A stretch of DNA of 54,527 nucleotides, counting the filler, from Ionaspis alba (Eukaryota), in NCBI GenBank assembly GCA_964255285.1. It is 3 parts of 3 records of this genome, joined end to end, with 100 filler letters (N's around TTAATTAATTAA, not from the genome) between each part and the next. Parts side by side here need not be neighbours in the genome. Positions count along the whole stretch, not along the records: positions 1 to 18,120 come from CAXUUL010000295.1; positions 18,221 to 36,331 come from CAXUUL010000296.1; 1 more part is not named here. One strand, 5' to 3'. A program made the position numbers and the translations under genes. A model generated the notes under the pieces. The model searched no databases and had not been told where the DNA came from. It was given only the letters and a program-made list of their open reading frames with translations. Positions 14,293-25,051 of this stretch are shown piece after piece (position 1 is the stretch's first letter; each line of letters begins with the position of its first letter).

Positions 14293-17086
14293 ATGGCAGA
14301 AGCCCTGGCCTTTGTCGGACTTGCTTCGGCAATTATTCAATTTGTGGATTTCAGCACGAGGGTTGTGAGCCGACTTCGCGTGTTCCATACCGACGTCGTA
14401 GATAGCCCGAAGGTGTTTCAGGATATTGCGAACCGCCTGCCTTTGATGCTAGAGCTTGTGAAGCGCATACGGACCCAGAAAAATGCTGGACAGCTCGACA
14501 ATGCTTCGCAAGACGTCATGCTTCCTGTCATTCAAAGCTGTTTATCTCAAGTAAAGTTGCTTGACGACCTGCTGGGCAAAGTGCTTCCCCAGGCACAAGA
14601 TTCGTCATGGCTTAGAGGGAGAAAGGCAATTTCTAGCATTATTCGAGAGTCTGAGATAGAGAAGATAGATCTCACTCTCAAAACCGATTTTGACCTACTG
14701 ATACAGGCAAGCACCTTCCAGTCGGTTTCCCGTCTCGATAGACACGAATCACAGTCTGCACAACAGATTGACGTCGAGACAATGCCGCCGCCATACAGCT
14801 TCGCAGGGCTGACAAAGCAGAAGTCAGAGCGATCAGAATCTATCTCCTCGCAACCAGTGTTCATGGTGCCATTTCAACGTGATCCTAAGTTTCTTGGACG
14901 GCAAACTGAAATACAAGAGGTCGATCTTAGATTTAGGTCTCAACGACAAGTTGCAATTGCTGGCCTTGGCGGCGTTGGGTAAGTCATTTTGTATTAGGCG
15001 TATTGCTAAAAGAAGAGCTCCATGTAATCTGTTGGTCACAGTCCTTCTGGCAAGTAAGCTTAACTTTCGTTTCCACAGGAAGTCGCAGATTGCTATCGAG
15101 TACTGCTATGTGTTCAAAGATGCGAATCCAGATGCACACGTGTTCTGGATCTATGCTGCTACCGCAGCCAGATTTGAACAAGGGTATCAAGGCATCGCTA
15201 GGAGGCTCGCTCTTCCGGGTTGGGAGGACCCCAAAGCCGACACATTGCGGCTGGTCTCCGAGTGGCTTGAGGAAAACGGCCCATGGCTCATGATTATAGA
15301 TAATGCAGACGACGCTGCAATATTTTACATTGATAAGTCAGGGAACTCAACTCAAGGCCCGGACAACTCGAAACCTTTAGCACGTTACATACCACAAACA
15401 TCACATGGTTCCATTCTCATAACCACAAGAGACAAGAGGGTTGGCGAACGATTAGCTGGTAGAGAAAAACCGGTCGAGATCCTACCCATGACAGAAGTGA
15501 ATGCCAAACAGCTTCTGCGCTCGAAGATGTCAGAAGACGATTGGTGCGATGCTGATGCCACAAGGCTTGTTCAGGAGTTAGCAAACCTACCACTCGCAAT
15601 AACCCAAGCAGCAGCATTCGTCAGCGAGAATCATCTTACCATTTCCGAGTACCTGGAACTTCTTGCAACTGGTGATGCAGACCTGAAAGACCTTCTGAGT
15701 GAAGATTTGCAAGATCCGAGACGAGACATGGACACAGAGAATTCTGTAATGCGGACATGGAAATTGTCGTTCGACCAGATATCTAAAGGAAAGCCACGCG
15801 CCGCACAGATACTTTCATTGATGGCTGTCTTAGATTATCATGGAGCACCGCGAACGTTACTACGAAAAGACGAAGACACTGAAGTAGGCTTCAGGACGGC
15901 TCTTGGTGCTCTCCAAGCCTTTTCCTTGATCACTGCGGAGAAGGGGAAGGATGCGGCGTGCAAAATGCACCCGCTCGTTGCACTCTCGACTCAGAAGTGG
16001 CTGGAAGTACAAGGAATGCTTCGTCATTTCCAAATTGAAGCGCTGAGAGTACTTTCTGGACAGTTTCCAGAGCGGCAGAGTTACGAATATTGGGCACTCT
16101 TAGAAGTTTTGACACCACATGCTCTACTGGTATTTTCTTTCACGTTTTCAGCCACTGTAGATCAACTGCAATGCGCGAAGCTTCTGGATTTTGCGGCGCT
16201 TTATGATCTAGGCAAGGGAAAGTACAACGAGGCATACGAAAAATGTGTGAAGTCGCTGAATATGCGGGAAAACATTCTGCCTTCTGACGATCCTGTTACA
16301 CTTGAGAGCGTTCAGATACTGGGAGAAACTCTACTGCATCTGGGTCAGTTGGACCGCGCCAAGGCTATGCTTCAAAGAGCAATCAAAGGTAGAGAGATAG
16401 CCCTGGGACCTGAACATCCTGATACTTTGGAGAGTGTCAGTGATTTGACTATTACTCTACTAGAACTTGATGATATCAAGGCAGCTGAACAAACTTCGCA
16501 AAGAGCCTTGAAAGGCAGAGAAAAGGTTCTCGGAAACGAGCATCCAGATACGCTGGTCAGTGTGAACATCATGGCCATGCTACGGCAGCGACAGGGCAAT
16601 CTCGAAGCTGCAAAAGAATTGTGTGAAAGGACTCTCGAAGGCCGGGACATAGTCTTAGGCCGAGAACACCCAGATACATTGATGACCCTCAACAATATGG
16701 CAATGCTTCACTACCGCCAGGGTGATCTAGACACAGCCAGGAAGATGTTTCAGACGGTCATAGCTGGCGAAGAGAGGTTGCTTGGCCCAGAGTGCTATGA
16801 CGTACAAGTCAGCCTCAGCAATATGGCACTCGTGATGGTTGGATACGGGGATCTAGACACAGCGGAGTCGATGCATCGGCGAGTGTTGAAGGCTCGCGAG
16901 AGACTATTAGGCACGGAACATCCGGCAACATTGTTTACTTTGAGAAATTTGGCAGCTGTTGTGGAGCAAAAGGGCGATGTTAAGGCCGCAGAGAAGATGT
17001 ATCAAAGGGTTCGGAGAAGTGAGGAGAGGAAACGAGATGTTGGGACGGCGGGTGCACTGCTGATGGCAGGTCTGTTGTTTGATTAA
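14293..17086 (+). CDS. Fungal NLR-like STAND protein: SesA/HeLo-like N-terminus, NB-ARC, TPR repeats
   Basis: Exons 14293-14978 and 15079-17086; the intron splits the Walker A motif GLGGVG/KSQIA. Also has Walker B WLMIIDNAD, GSILITTRD, LPLAITQAAA, an MHP motif (KMHPLV) and C-terminal 42-aa LGxEHPDTL TPR repeats. Confidence 0.92.
16277..17032 (+). repeat. Six 126-nt (42-aa) kinesin-light-chain-type TPR repeats
   Basis: Units begin LPSDDPVTL, LGPEHPDTL, LGNEHPDTL, LGREHPDTL, LGPECYDVQ and LGTEHPATL at 42-aa spacing. They are diverged at DNA level. Confidence 0.85.
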
Positions 17087-17577
17087 CCTCAATAGAGGGA
17101 GCACATTTTCTTGATTGCAGGAGTCAGTACATCTATACGTCAGCAGCCGCATAATACGGTGTTGATGGAGGATATGGCTTCAGAACGCGCAATCGGACAT
17201 TCTAGCCAAGTACAACTGTTGCGACTCAGGACAATAATCAGGAGCAGATACCCATGGAGATCCAAGTTGCTGAAGGACAGTTTCGTTGTGCGGACACGAT
17301 CGGAATGACTGTCAACGAAACCAGTGAGCAATTGCTTCCAGCCTTATAACTTTTGAAACATTGCCCGTGGCACAACGTGTATACAATTGCATCTAATGGC
17401 TAAGTCCTAGCCAAGATCTTCATGTAACGGCTCGACTTCACTTTGTCCCTCTGCCAGGATACAAGCCTGCTAAACACAGGACGAACAACGCAGATCGTTC
17501 TAAAGTCTTGGATATCTCACAAACCCATCTCCGGTCATCACACCACCCACCCACAAGGCATCGGTCTTGCAGCTCCA

Positions 17578-18097
17578 TCAACCCGAGAATATCAATCTAA
17601 AGACGTCATTGAAGACGAAATAGCTCCCTTGGCCATCGGGCAAGAGTTGGAAAACTTGTGTGTAGCTCATTGGCCGCTGTTCCTCGTCCACCTAGAGCAA
17701 TATTAGCTCACTAAGCCTCATACTGGTGTTGAGATATCACAAACAAGGAGAGCCCCTGTGACCATCACCAATATCCCACCGCCTTCGTTCGAGGGCTGGG
17801 CGTCTAGCGTGGAGACTTGATGTTTGATCTGACCGAAGGGAAGTGACTAATTGACCATGCCTATTAGCTGTGTGTATATGCAGGACTCCGAAATCACCAT
17901 GAATATACCGTGAGTTTCTCGATTATGCCTGCAACACCCTGTACTGCTGATGTCTCGAAGGTGAGCATGGACGAGTCTCGCTATTTAGACGGTTAGCGGC
18001 CGGGGCTACAACTCGTCCGTTGAAAACCTTACGTAGAGAGCAGCCAGATTTTTTCGGTCCCCATCGAAGGTCTGGTAATAGAATTGTGTGAATTGTT
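17578..18097 (-). CDS. NTF2: Nuclear transport factor 2 (first exon(s) lost in gap)
   Basis: Exons 18097-18033, 17980-17909, 17846-17745 and 17691-17578. They translate to QFTQFYYQTFDGDRKNLAALY/RDSSMLTFETSAVQGVAGIIEKLT/SLPFGQIKHQVSTLDAQPSNEGGGILVMVTGALL/VDEEQRPMSYTQVFQLLPDGQGSYFVFNDVFRLIFSG*. Not shown in the ORF track. Confidence 0.95.
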
Positions 18098-18120
18098 CTG
18101 TGCGGCTCTTTAGTATTCCC

Positions 18121-18220
18121 NNNNNNNNNNNNNNNNNNNNNNNNNNNNNNNNNNNNNNNNNNNNTTAATTAATTAANNNNNNNNNNNNNNNNNNNNNNNN
18201 NNNNNNNNNNNNNNNNNNNN
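18121..18220. other. Assembly gap with artificial TTAATTAATTAA linker
   Basis: 44 N + TTAATTAATTAA (18165-18176; stops in all six frames) + 44 N. Confidence 0.97.
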
Positions 18221-18917
18221 CCTCCTCCTCCGCCTCCTCATCCCCCTCCACGCCCCCATAAATCTCTGGATATTCCGCAACACACCCCTGCATGCCTTTA
18301 AACTTCTCAATACAATCCATGCCCTTCGGTTCCTCCTTCGAAAACACAAAACAGCTGAACGCAGCCCGGAATTGCTCGCCGCAGGGGCCGTGCGCCATTC
18401 CGCCAAGGCAGGGACAGTCCCAATTTATTTCGCCGGTTTCTTCGTTGAAGGCGCCTTGGGAGGCGGCTTCGTCTTCGGAGGGCAGGTCGGGGTTGGGTGG
18501 GGTAGTGGTGGAGGGAGCTGAGGGGTCGAGAGCGAGGGAGGAGGTCGATGAGGGAGGTGGAGATTGTGGGGTCGTGTTGCGGGAGGGCGAGAGGGAGTCG
18601 AGGGTTGGGAGGTTTTCGTCTTCGATGGATGTCGACGGTGGTGGGTAGGCGGCGACTGCTTCACTTGTCAGCAGTTTTGAAATGGAAAGCGCGAATGGGG
18701 TGAGTGTACAGCCAGGTTCTTCTGCAAAGACATTACTTGTGTTGTAATAGTATATGCCTCCGATTGCGAGACCCCATCGCACGGCACTACTCTTCCAGCT
18801 TCGGGATTTTTGCGAGGGGGGCGCTGTGGAGAGGAGTCGGCGCGCTGGTTGGCGCGCTGTGGTGCGGAGGGTGGAGAGGGGTTGCCGTAGAAGAAGGCGT
18901 GATGATGGACGATACAT
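18221..18917 (-). CDS. MIA40: Mitochondrial intermembrane space import oxidoreductase Mia40 (C-terminus in gap)
   Basis: Arg/Ser-rich presequence, TM segment, then [36 protein letters not shown]...[12 protein letters not shown] (CPC plus twin CX9C). Probable 54-nt in-frame intron at 18709-18656. Confidence 0.95.
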
Positions 18918-19210
18918 TTTTGCGATTGTGGTGGAAATGAAGTGGTACGAAGATGGGGAGTTTTGGGGGATGGGATTTACTGCTCGAAGACGTCAATCTT
19001 TTTTGTCAGCAGGGATTCGCGACTTCGAAGCGAGGCGCCTATTCAATGTTGATCGTGGGTCTAACGTTCGTACCTGCAGGACTTTTTGATAGAGCAATCT
19101 CTACATCCCTCACCACTTGTATACGTCCTTCCAGCTTCGAGCCTCACAGGTGATGTTTTATGTCTCTTCTCTAAGTACTTTTTCCACTGTAACTCTTTCA
19201 TAATTTAGTC

Positions 19211-20837
19211 ATGTCTTCTACGAAGAGTGTTTCTAGGAAGCGCAAGCTCGAAGGAGGGCAAACAGATGAGAGCATGAGCACGGGACTGCCTGCGATTCAC
19301 AATTGGGTACCAACAAGTTTTTTGTCCAGAGATATCTCCGCCGATTTGCAGAGGCCTTATGTCGTGGTTGTTCTAAATACACCTATCGAAAACACCGATG
19401 TCTTTCTTGATATCTGTGATGGAGGTAGATCTGACCTACATTCTAATTCAATGCATCTCCTTTGAGCTGACCAGAATCTAGCCAGATTCAAGATAGCCGC
19501 CGATGGAGGTGCAAACAGGATTCGAGACTTGGGTCGACAGGAAGAAGTAGAGCGGCGGGCCGTCTGTCTCTCATCGAAGCCTTCATTGCTAGCCAGCGTC
19601 TGACCGATAGCAAGATGCCAGACCTAATCTGCGGAGACCTTGACTCCATCAAGTCCAAAAACCTCTCCTTCTACCGCCGGAAAGGCGTCCAGATCATGAA
19701 AGTGCCCGACCAAAACTCTACGGACTTTACCAAATGCCTCCGTTTCATTTCCAACAATAGAGAACAGGTCCTGAGTTCCAGATTTTCAAAGTCATACGTC
19801 GACTCGGACCTCGACGTCGTCGTGTTCGGCGGCCTTGGGGGCCGTGCTGACCAAGCTTTCTCCCAGCTCCATCACATCTACGCCGCGGAAGAAGACCCAA
19901 TGATCGATTGCGGGAACATTTATCTATTCACTCCTGAAAGTATTGTCTTCTTACTGCACAAAGGAGAGAACCTCATCCACACCCCACTTGGGCCCGGCAA
20001 ACTAGGGGAGAACATCGGAATCATTCCCTTAGCAAAACCATCTCTCATAACCACAAGCGGCCTTGAGTGGGACGTCACGGATTGGCCTACGGAGTTCGGG
20101 ACGCAAATCAGCACCAGTAACCATATCAAGAGCAGCGCTGTCCGAGTCTCTACCACCGAAAGGGTCTTGTTTACGGTCGAGCTGGACAAGAAACAGCCCA
20201 AACGTGAACTCTACCCAGAAGGCAGCACGACAAGTGGATCGAGGAGCTCTCCAGATACACCGCCAGCACACGTCAATGCCTTGACTGGTCCGAACGACCT
20301 GTTTGCTTCAGTCCCTGAATCCAAAATGGTCACAAGAGAAATTCAGAGCATGTATCTCTCCCCGTCACTTGAGCCTAATCATAGACGATCATCGATAACC
20401 CTGGACCCTGGACCCGGTCGAAATGATCTCGAAGCCCGCATTGCGGCTCTCGAAAAATCAAACCAAGAGCTCGTGGCGGAACAAGAAACAATTCGCACCC
20501 TATTCTCCGTGATGGCCGAGCCCTTGAAGGAGATCGCNNNNNNNNNNNNNNNNNNNNNNNNNNNNNNNNNNNNNNNNNNNNNNNNNNNNNNNNNNNNNNN
20601 NNNNNNNNNNNNNNNNNNNNNNNNNNNNNNNNNNNNNAAGAAACAATTCGCACCCTATTCTCCGTGATGGCCGAGCCCTTGAAGGAGATCGCTGGGTTTG
20701 CATCAACCAAAGAAATTGTAGAATCTATGGCACCAGAGAAGGATGTTTGTCCGCTCCTGCCCGCCATGGCCCCGTCATTGAAGCAGTTGTCAGATTTGGT
20801 GGAGAGTTACGGGGCCCGAAAGGCGGGATGGGGCTAG
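19211..20837 (+). CDS. THI80: Thiamine pyrophosphokinase with long C-terminal extension
   Basis: Exons 19211-19424, 19482-19561 and 19615 onward. Motifs VVLN, AADGGANR, PDLICGDLDS, DQNSTDFTKCL, GGLGGRADQ, TSGLEWDV and FGTQISTSN. After collapsing the 55-bp overlap around the gap the frame continues to TAG at 20835-20837. Confidence 0.9.
20538..20637. other. False assembly gap flanked by an exact 55-bp overlap
   Basis: 20483-20537 is identical to 20638-20692. Confidence 0.93.
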
Positions 20838-21117
20838 CTGTCGTTGTCAACGCCAGAGAAGTACACCCAGTACTGTCTTACTGGTCGAGCAGCAGGAGGA
20901 TCGCGGTAGCCTAATGATTCATGTACATATTATTGTAAGATGAAAAGTAGAGGTCCTCGACATTAGAAAAAAGCCAAACTTTGCATTGCATTGCAATCCG
21001 ATCAAGTCTATCATGATCTATCATAACCGCTCACTCCTTGACGCGTATGCTCCCCTCCTCCCTCAACCCTCAGTATACCTAGGTACCAGTTCCGCCACTG
21101 CATCCATACCCATCCCT

Positions 21118-23714
21118 CTACTTCTTCCCCATCTCCGCCGGCTCCTCAACCGCATCCGGCTTAACAGTGTCCGCATCCTTCATCTCCGCGTCGCCCTCGC
21201 CATTAACTTCCTCTTTCTTGGGCTCCTGCGCCTTCTTTGCCGCTTCCTCCTCCTTCCTTTTGGCCTCTAACTCTGCTTTCCTCTTGGCGGCTTTTTCCTC
21301 CTCGGCTTTGAGCACGGCTTGGCGCTCTTCTTCTACTTTGTCTAGGTAGCGGGAGACGATGGGACCGGCGATGAAGCGGATGTCCTCCATTTTAGAGACG
21401 TAGACGGCTTTTGTGGCGTCTTCGCCTTCTTCGTAGAGCCAATCCTATGGTCAAGGAATCAGTACGTTGTTTCCAGTTTATAAAGGGTGATGGAGTGGCG
21501 TAGCATATGGGGGACGTAGATACATACTTCGGTAGCTTCCAGCTTCGCCTTCAGCTTCTCCTTCTCTTCCTCACTCGCAAACTGTGCGTACTGCTCATCG
21601 ATCTTGCCCCTCAATTCGTAAATATAGCTCTCCAGCTCATTCTTTTTATCCTCCGTATCCATAACCAATTTATCCTCCATGAACATCAGACTCTCCTTCT
21701 CCGCCGCCGCGTCTTTGCTCGCCTGATCGAGCGACGCCGTCCCCGAAACGATAGGCAAGTCACCTTTGCGGACCTGCTTCTTGACTTTGCGCGTCTTGGG
21801 CTTCGGGTCGGCGGTACCGTTCGGCGGGTCGGTTTCCATGGCCTGTGTGGTTGACGAGCGTGTTAGTTGATGGTGGCCAGAAAACGTGCGCTTGACGCCT
21901 GCGGCGGCGTTGTGGAACATGTTCTTCAGCTTCTTTTGGTGAGGCGCGGAGGCGATGAGATCCTCCGCCGCGCCGTTAGAAGGTTTGGTATGAGTGGGAG
22001 TAGATGCAGATATATGAGATGGTAAATTGGTACGTACATCGCCGTCTTTGGGCTTCTCGCCTTCTTTTTCTTCGGGTATGGGTTCCTCCACTTCAACATC
22101 TTCGATGTAGTAGCCTGATTCGACGTTCAAGACTCCGTGTAGGTTGAGGCGCGCTTTAAGCTTGCAGATCATGAAGTCGTCCTTTGAATCAGCTTTAACG
22201 CCCTTCACGGAGAAGCGACCAATCCAGGGATTCATCTTGCCGGGCAGCTGGTCGGGCTTGGCGTATCTGGCTTCGAGGTCGAAGGGATGTTTCCGATAGA
22301 AGGTTAGGATCTTGGTCGAGGGCATGACGTTTCCTTTATTGAAGACCGTCAGACTTGTATCCTCGTCTGGTATATCGGGTGACTGTTCCCAATTGAATTC
22401 GATGGGATAGTTGACAATATCGTGGATGGAAAAGTCGCGGACGCGGAAAACGGGAGAAAGAATAGCGCAGCTGAAAGCACATCCACGAGCCACGGCCTCG
22501 TCTTGGTTGAGCGTGAAGGAGAGTTGTTTGCCGAAGAATTTGCTTATGCGATCTTTGAGGGACGGAACACGTGTACAACCACCGACCATCTCAATCGCGT
22601 CAATATCTTCGATCTTCAGCTTAGCCTCAATCAGAGCCTGCTCAAGAGGAGCTGTAACACGGTCGAGTAGTGGCTTGAGAAGCTCTTCTAGCTGATCCCG
22701 CTTCATCATGCCGGATACGTCAACGTCGTTCATCAAAGACTCGATACTCATAGGAGCTTGAGCGTTGGCTGAGAGAATTTTCTTCATCTTCTCTGCGGCA
22801 GCTGCAACTCTAACGAGAGCTTTAGGATTGGAGAAGATATCGATCTTGTATTTCTCCTTGAACTCCTTGCCGAAGTGATCGACGAGCGCTTTGTCAAAGT
22901 TGCGCCCACCGAAGTGTCTATCGTACGTTGTTGACTTGACAGCAAGCTCTCCTTTCTTGAACTCGACGATCGAGCACGAGTAAGAGCTGTGTCCAATATC
23001 GACGAAGCAGACACGTCTTGGTTTCTCTTCGGCTGTAGGTAGATCGAGCTTCGTAATACCATATCCAAGGGCGGTGGCCGTAGTATCGTTGATGAGCCTC
23101 AACAACTTCAACCCGGAGATCTCAGCCGCATCTATAAGACTTCTTCTTTGCACATCCGTAAACCATGGCGGAACACTCATCACGATATCGGAGACGGGTA
23201 GTTTGAGTTCAGCTGAAGCAGTGGATTTGATCTTGTTGAGGAACATCGAGACTAATTGCGTAGCGGTGAAAGTCTCCTTCTTCCCCAGATATGATACCTC
23301 TGCTCCGACTTGTCCGTGAACGTCCACCAAGTTGGCCGAGACATAGTCGCGCTCGATTTGGATATCTGGATCGTTGAGAGCCCGACCGGCTAGGCGCTTG
23401 AGAGATCCAACTGTGTTCTTGAGATTGGAGATTTCTTGGGTCTTTGCAGGTTCTCCGAGATACCTGGCTTTAGGTCCGAAGCCAACTAGGGATCTATAAT
23501 AGTATAAGTCAGGATAATGAATTTGGACTATCTCTCCGGACAGCACTTACGGTGTCGCTCGATTGGAGACCTCATTTGTGATCTAGACCTTATTAGTATT
23601 CGATTGGGATATCATATCGGCTCCGACGGGAATACTCACCACATCGACACCTCGGTTACGCGCAACGGCAATAACGGTATTCAAAGTCCCAAAATCAACC
23701 CCCACAACACTCAT
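21118..23714 (-). CDS. HSP88: Hsp110-family chaperone Hsp88 (Sse1 homologue)
   Basis: Exons 23714-23640, 23582-23551, 23493-22038, 21842-21528 and 21444-21118. Has MSVVGVDFG...ITNEVSNRATPSLVGFG, TLNQDEAVARGCA, CKLKARLNLHG and TEDKKNELESYIYELR. Confidence 0.95.
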
Positions 23715-23910
23715 GGCTGCGGATTATTTCTTCGACTAGCCGCTAAATGTTGGTCGTCTGTAGGTGAGGTGAAGTCAGAAAATAAAGAGTCCACCAAGGG
23801 CTTGAGAACGAGGGTTTATTTGATAGGGTGTAAAAGGAATGGTGCGATGTTGTGGTTGCGGTGAAAGAAGGAAGTTGTTAATTTGTTGCGTCAGAATTGG
23901 CGTATCAAAT

Positions 23911-23935
23911 GGAAACTTCTTGAAAGATCTGGAAC
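23911..23935. promoter_or_regulatory. Heat-shock element (HSF binding site)
   Basis: gGAAa cTTCt tGAAa gATCt gGAAc: five alternating nGAAn/nTTCn pentamers (one mismatch), about 200 bp upstream of the HSP88 ATG. Confidence 0.8.
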
Positions 23936-24415
23936 TCACTGTTTTGCCGACTGTTGTTCTAACGGATTAATTGATGGCGTAAGGCCTTCCGGTTAGGGCC
24001 GTCTTGGCAGGGCAGTCGGTAACGCAGACAAGGCTAAATACAAGCAAAATGAAGAGAAGAAGCCTCACTTGAGGTGGTCATCATTGAACAGCCTTTGCGT
24101 TACTCCAGCTGCCCCGATGAAGGTTGATTATGCCAGTACACAGCCTGAAATCCTTCAAGATGTAGATTACAAGTGACAGTGCGGGGACCTGTGTTTTGTC
24201 TTTCTCATTTCATCTCGGATGCTCCCTGCAATCTTGCTCCCAGATAGTACTTACAGAATTGATTCAAGATACCGTACTTCTGTTTCTGTTCCGCATATCA
24301 TGCAATTATTTTCAACGCGGTAACTAGCTAATGACTCCAAGCAATTTTCTCTGTCTGAAATACCACCTCTCCTGCCTATACCTGTCTACCTTCAAGCCAC
24401 CTCCTATTAACCATA

Positions 24416-24772
24416 ATGGCAAGCCTGGGCGACCTGTCCGGATCTGGCACAAGCATCGGAGGTTCCTACAGCTCGCTAACAACCCAAGCTGACGTCCTGA
24501 TCTACCGGCAAATGGAGAAAGACATGAAGGCGGCGGAAAAGGCAAAGAAACTTGCTTTGAAAGAGGCAAAAAAGATGGCCCAGAAGAAGACTGAAGCCTC
24601 TGGTGTCGACGCAAACTCAAAGGTCGATATCCAAACTAGAGATTGCGAGGAAGAACACGGAGAGGCTTCGCGTCGGGAGACTCAGCTAGGAAAGGAAGGG
24701 AAATGGAGTGGTGGGAAAGGGCTGCTGGGTAGGATGTTGGGTAGGACGAAAGAAAAAGATGTCGTTCGATAA
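24416..24772 (+). CDS. Small hypothetical protein (118 aa, K/E-rich helix)
   Basis: ATG in good context (ccataATGG) after a pyrimidine-rich leader; composition looks protein-like. No family recognised. Confidence 0.45.
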   Translation: MASLGDLSGSGTSIGGSYSSLTTQADVLIYRQMEKDMKAAEKAKKLALKEAKKMAQKKTEASGVDANSKVDIQTRDCEEEHGEASRRETQLGKEGKWSGGKGLLGRMLGRTKEKDVVR

Positions 24773-25051
24773 GGAAGTGTAGGACTTCGACATGCTTTTA
24801 GGTGGAGAACCCAACTTGAGCCCGAGCTGTGGCCATTTCACAATGGAAAATGGAGTCGGAGAGGAAGATCGCAAACACTTACGACTGCAATAGCCTTTCC
24901 CTGGAGCCTCGAAATTGCTAGTGGCGAGCACGGCTGAAGGTCAAACCTTGACTTGAAGACTCCAAGTATATGAGAGGCTATCATGAATCCTATACTCTCA
25001 AGTAATTCATGGTCCTCGTGATAACCCAGGGAGCTAATATGCCAGAATTGT

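Noticed and set aside
15054..15078. Nested intron (stwintron) inside the NLR Walker A intron
   Set aside because: The internal GTAAGC overlaps the branch site and is only 25 nt from the acceptor, too short for an intron.
16277..17032. Highly conserved internal repeats under concerted evolution (het-type NLR)
   Set aside because: The TPR units are strongly diverged from each other at DNA and protein level.
19100..19620. TPP riboswitch in or near THI80 introns
   Set aside because: No GCTGAGA or CTGAT...ATAATGC/ATAATAC aptamer cores were found; the introns are short and ordinary.
20483..20692. 55-bp direct repeat read as a target-site duplication or mobile element
   Set aside because: It flanks an N gap exactly, matches the length of the overlap at 46609-46818, and collapsing it restores the THI80 frame, so it is an assembly artefact.
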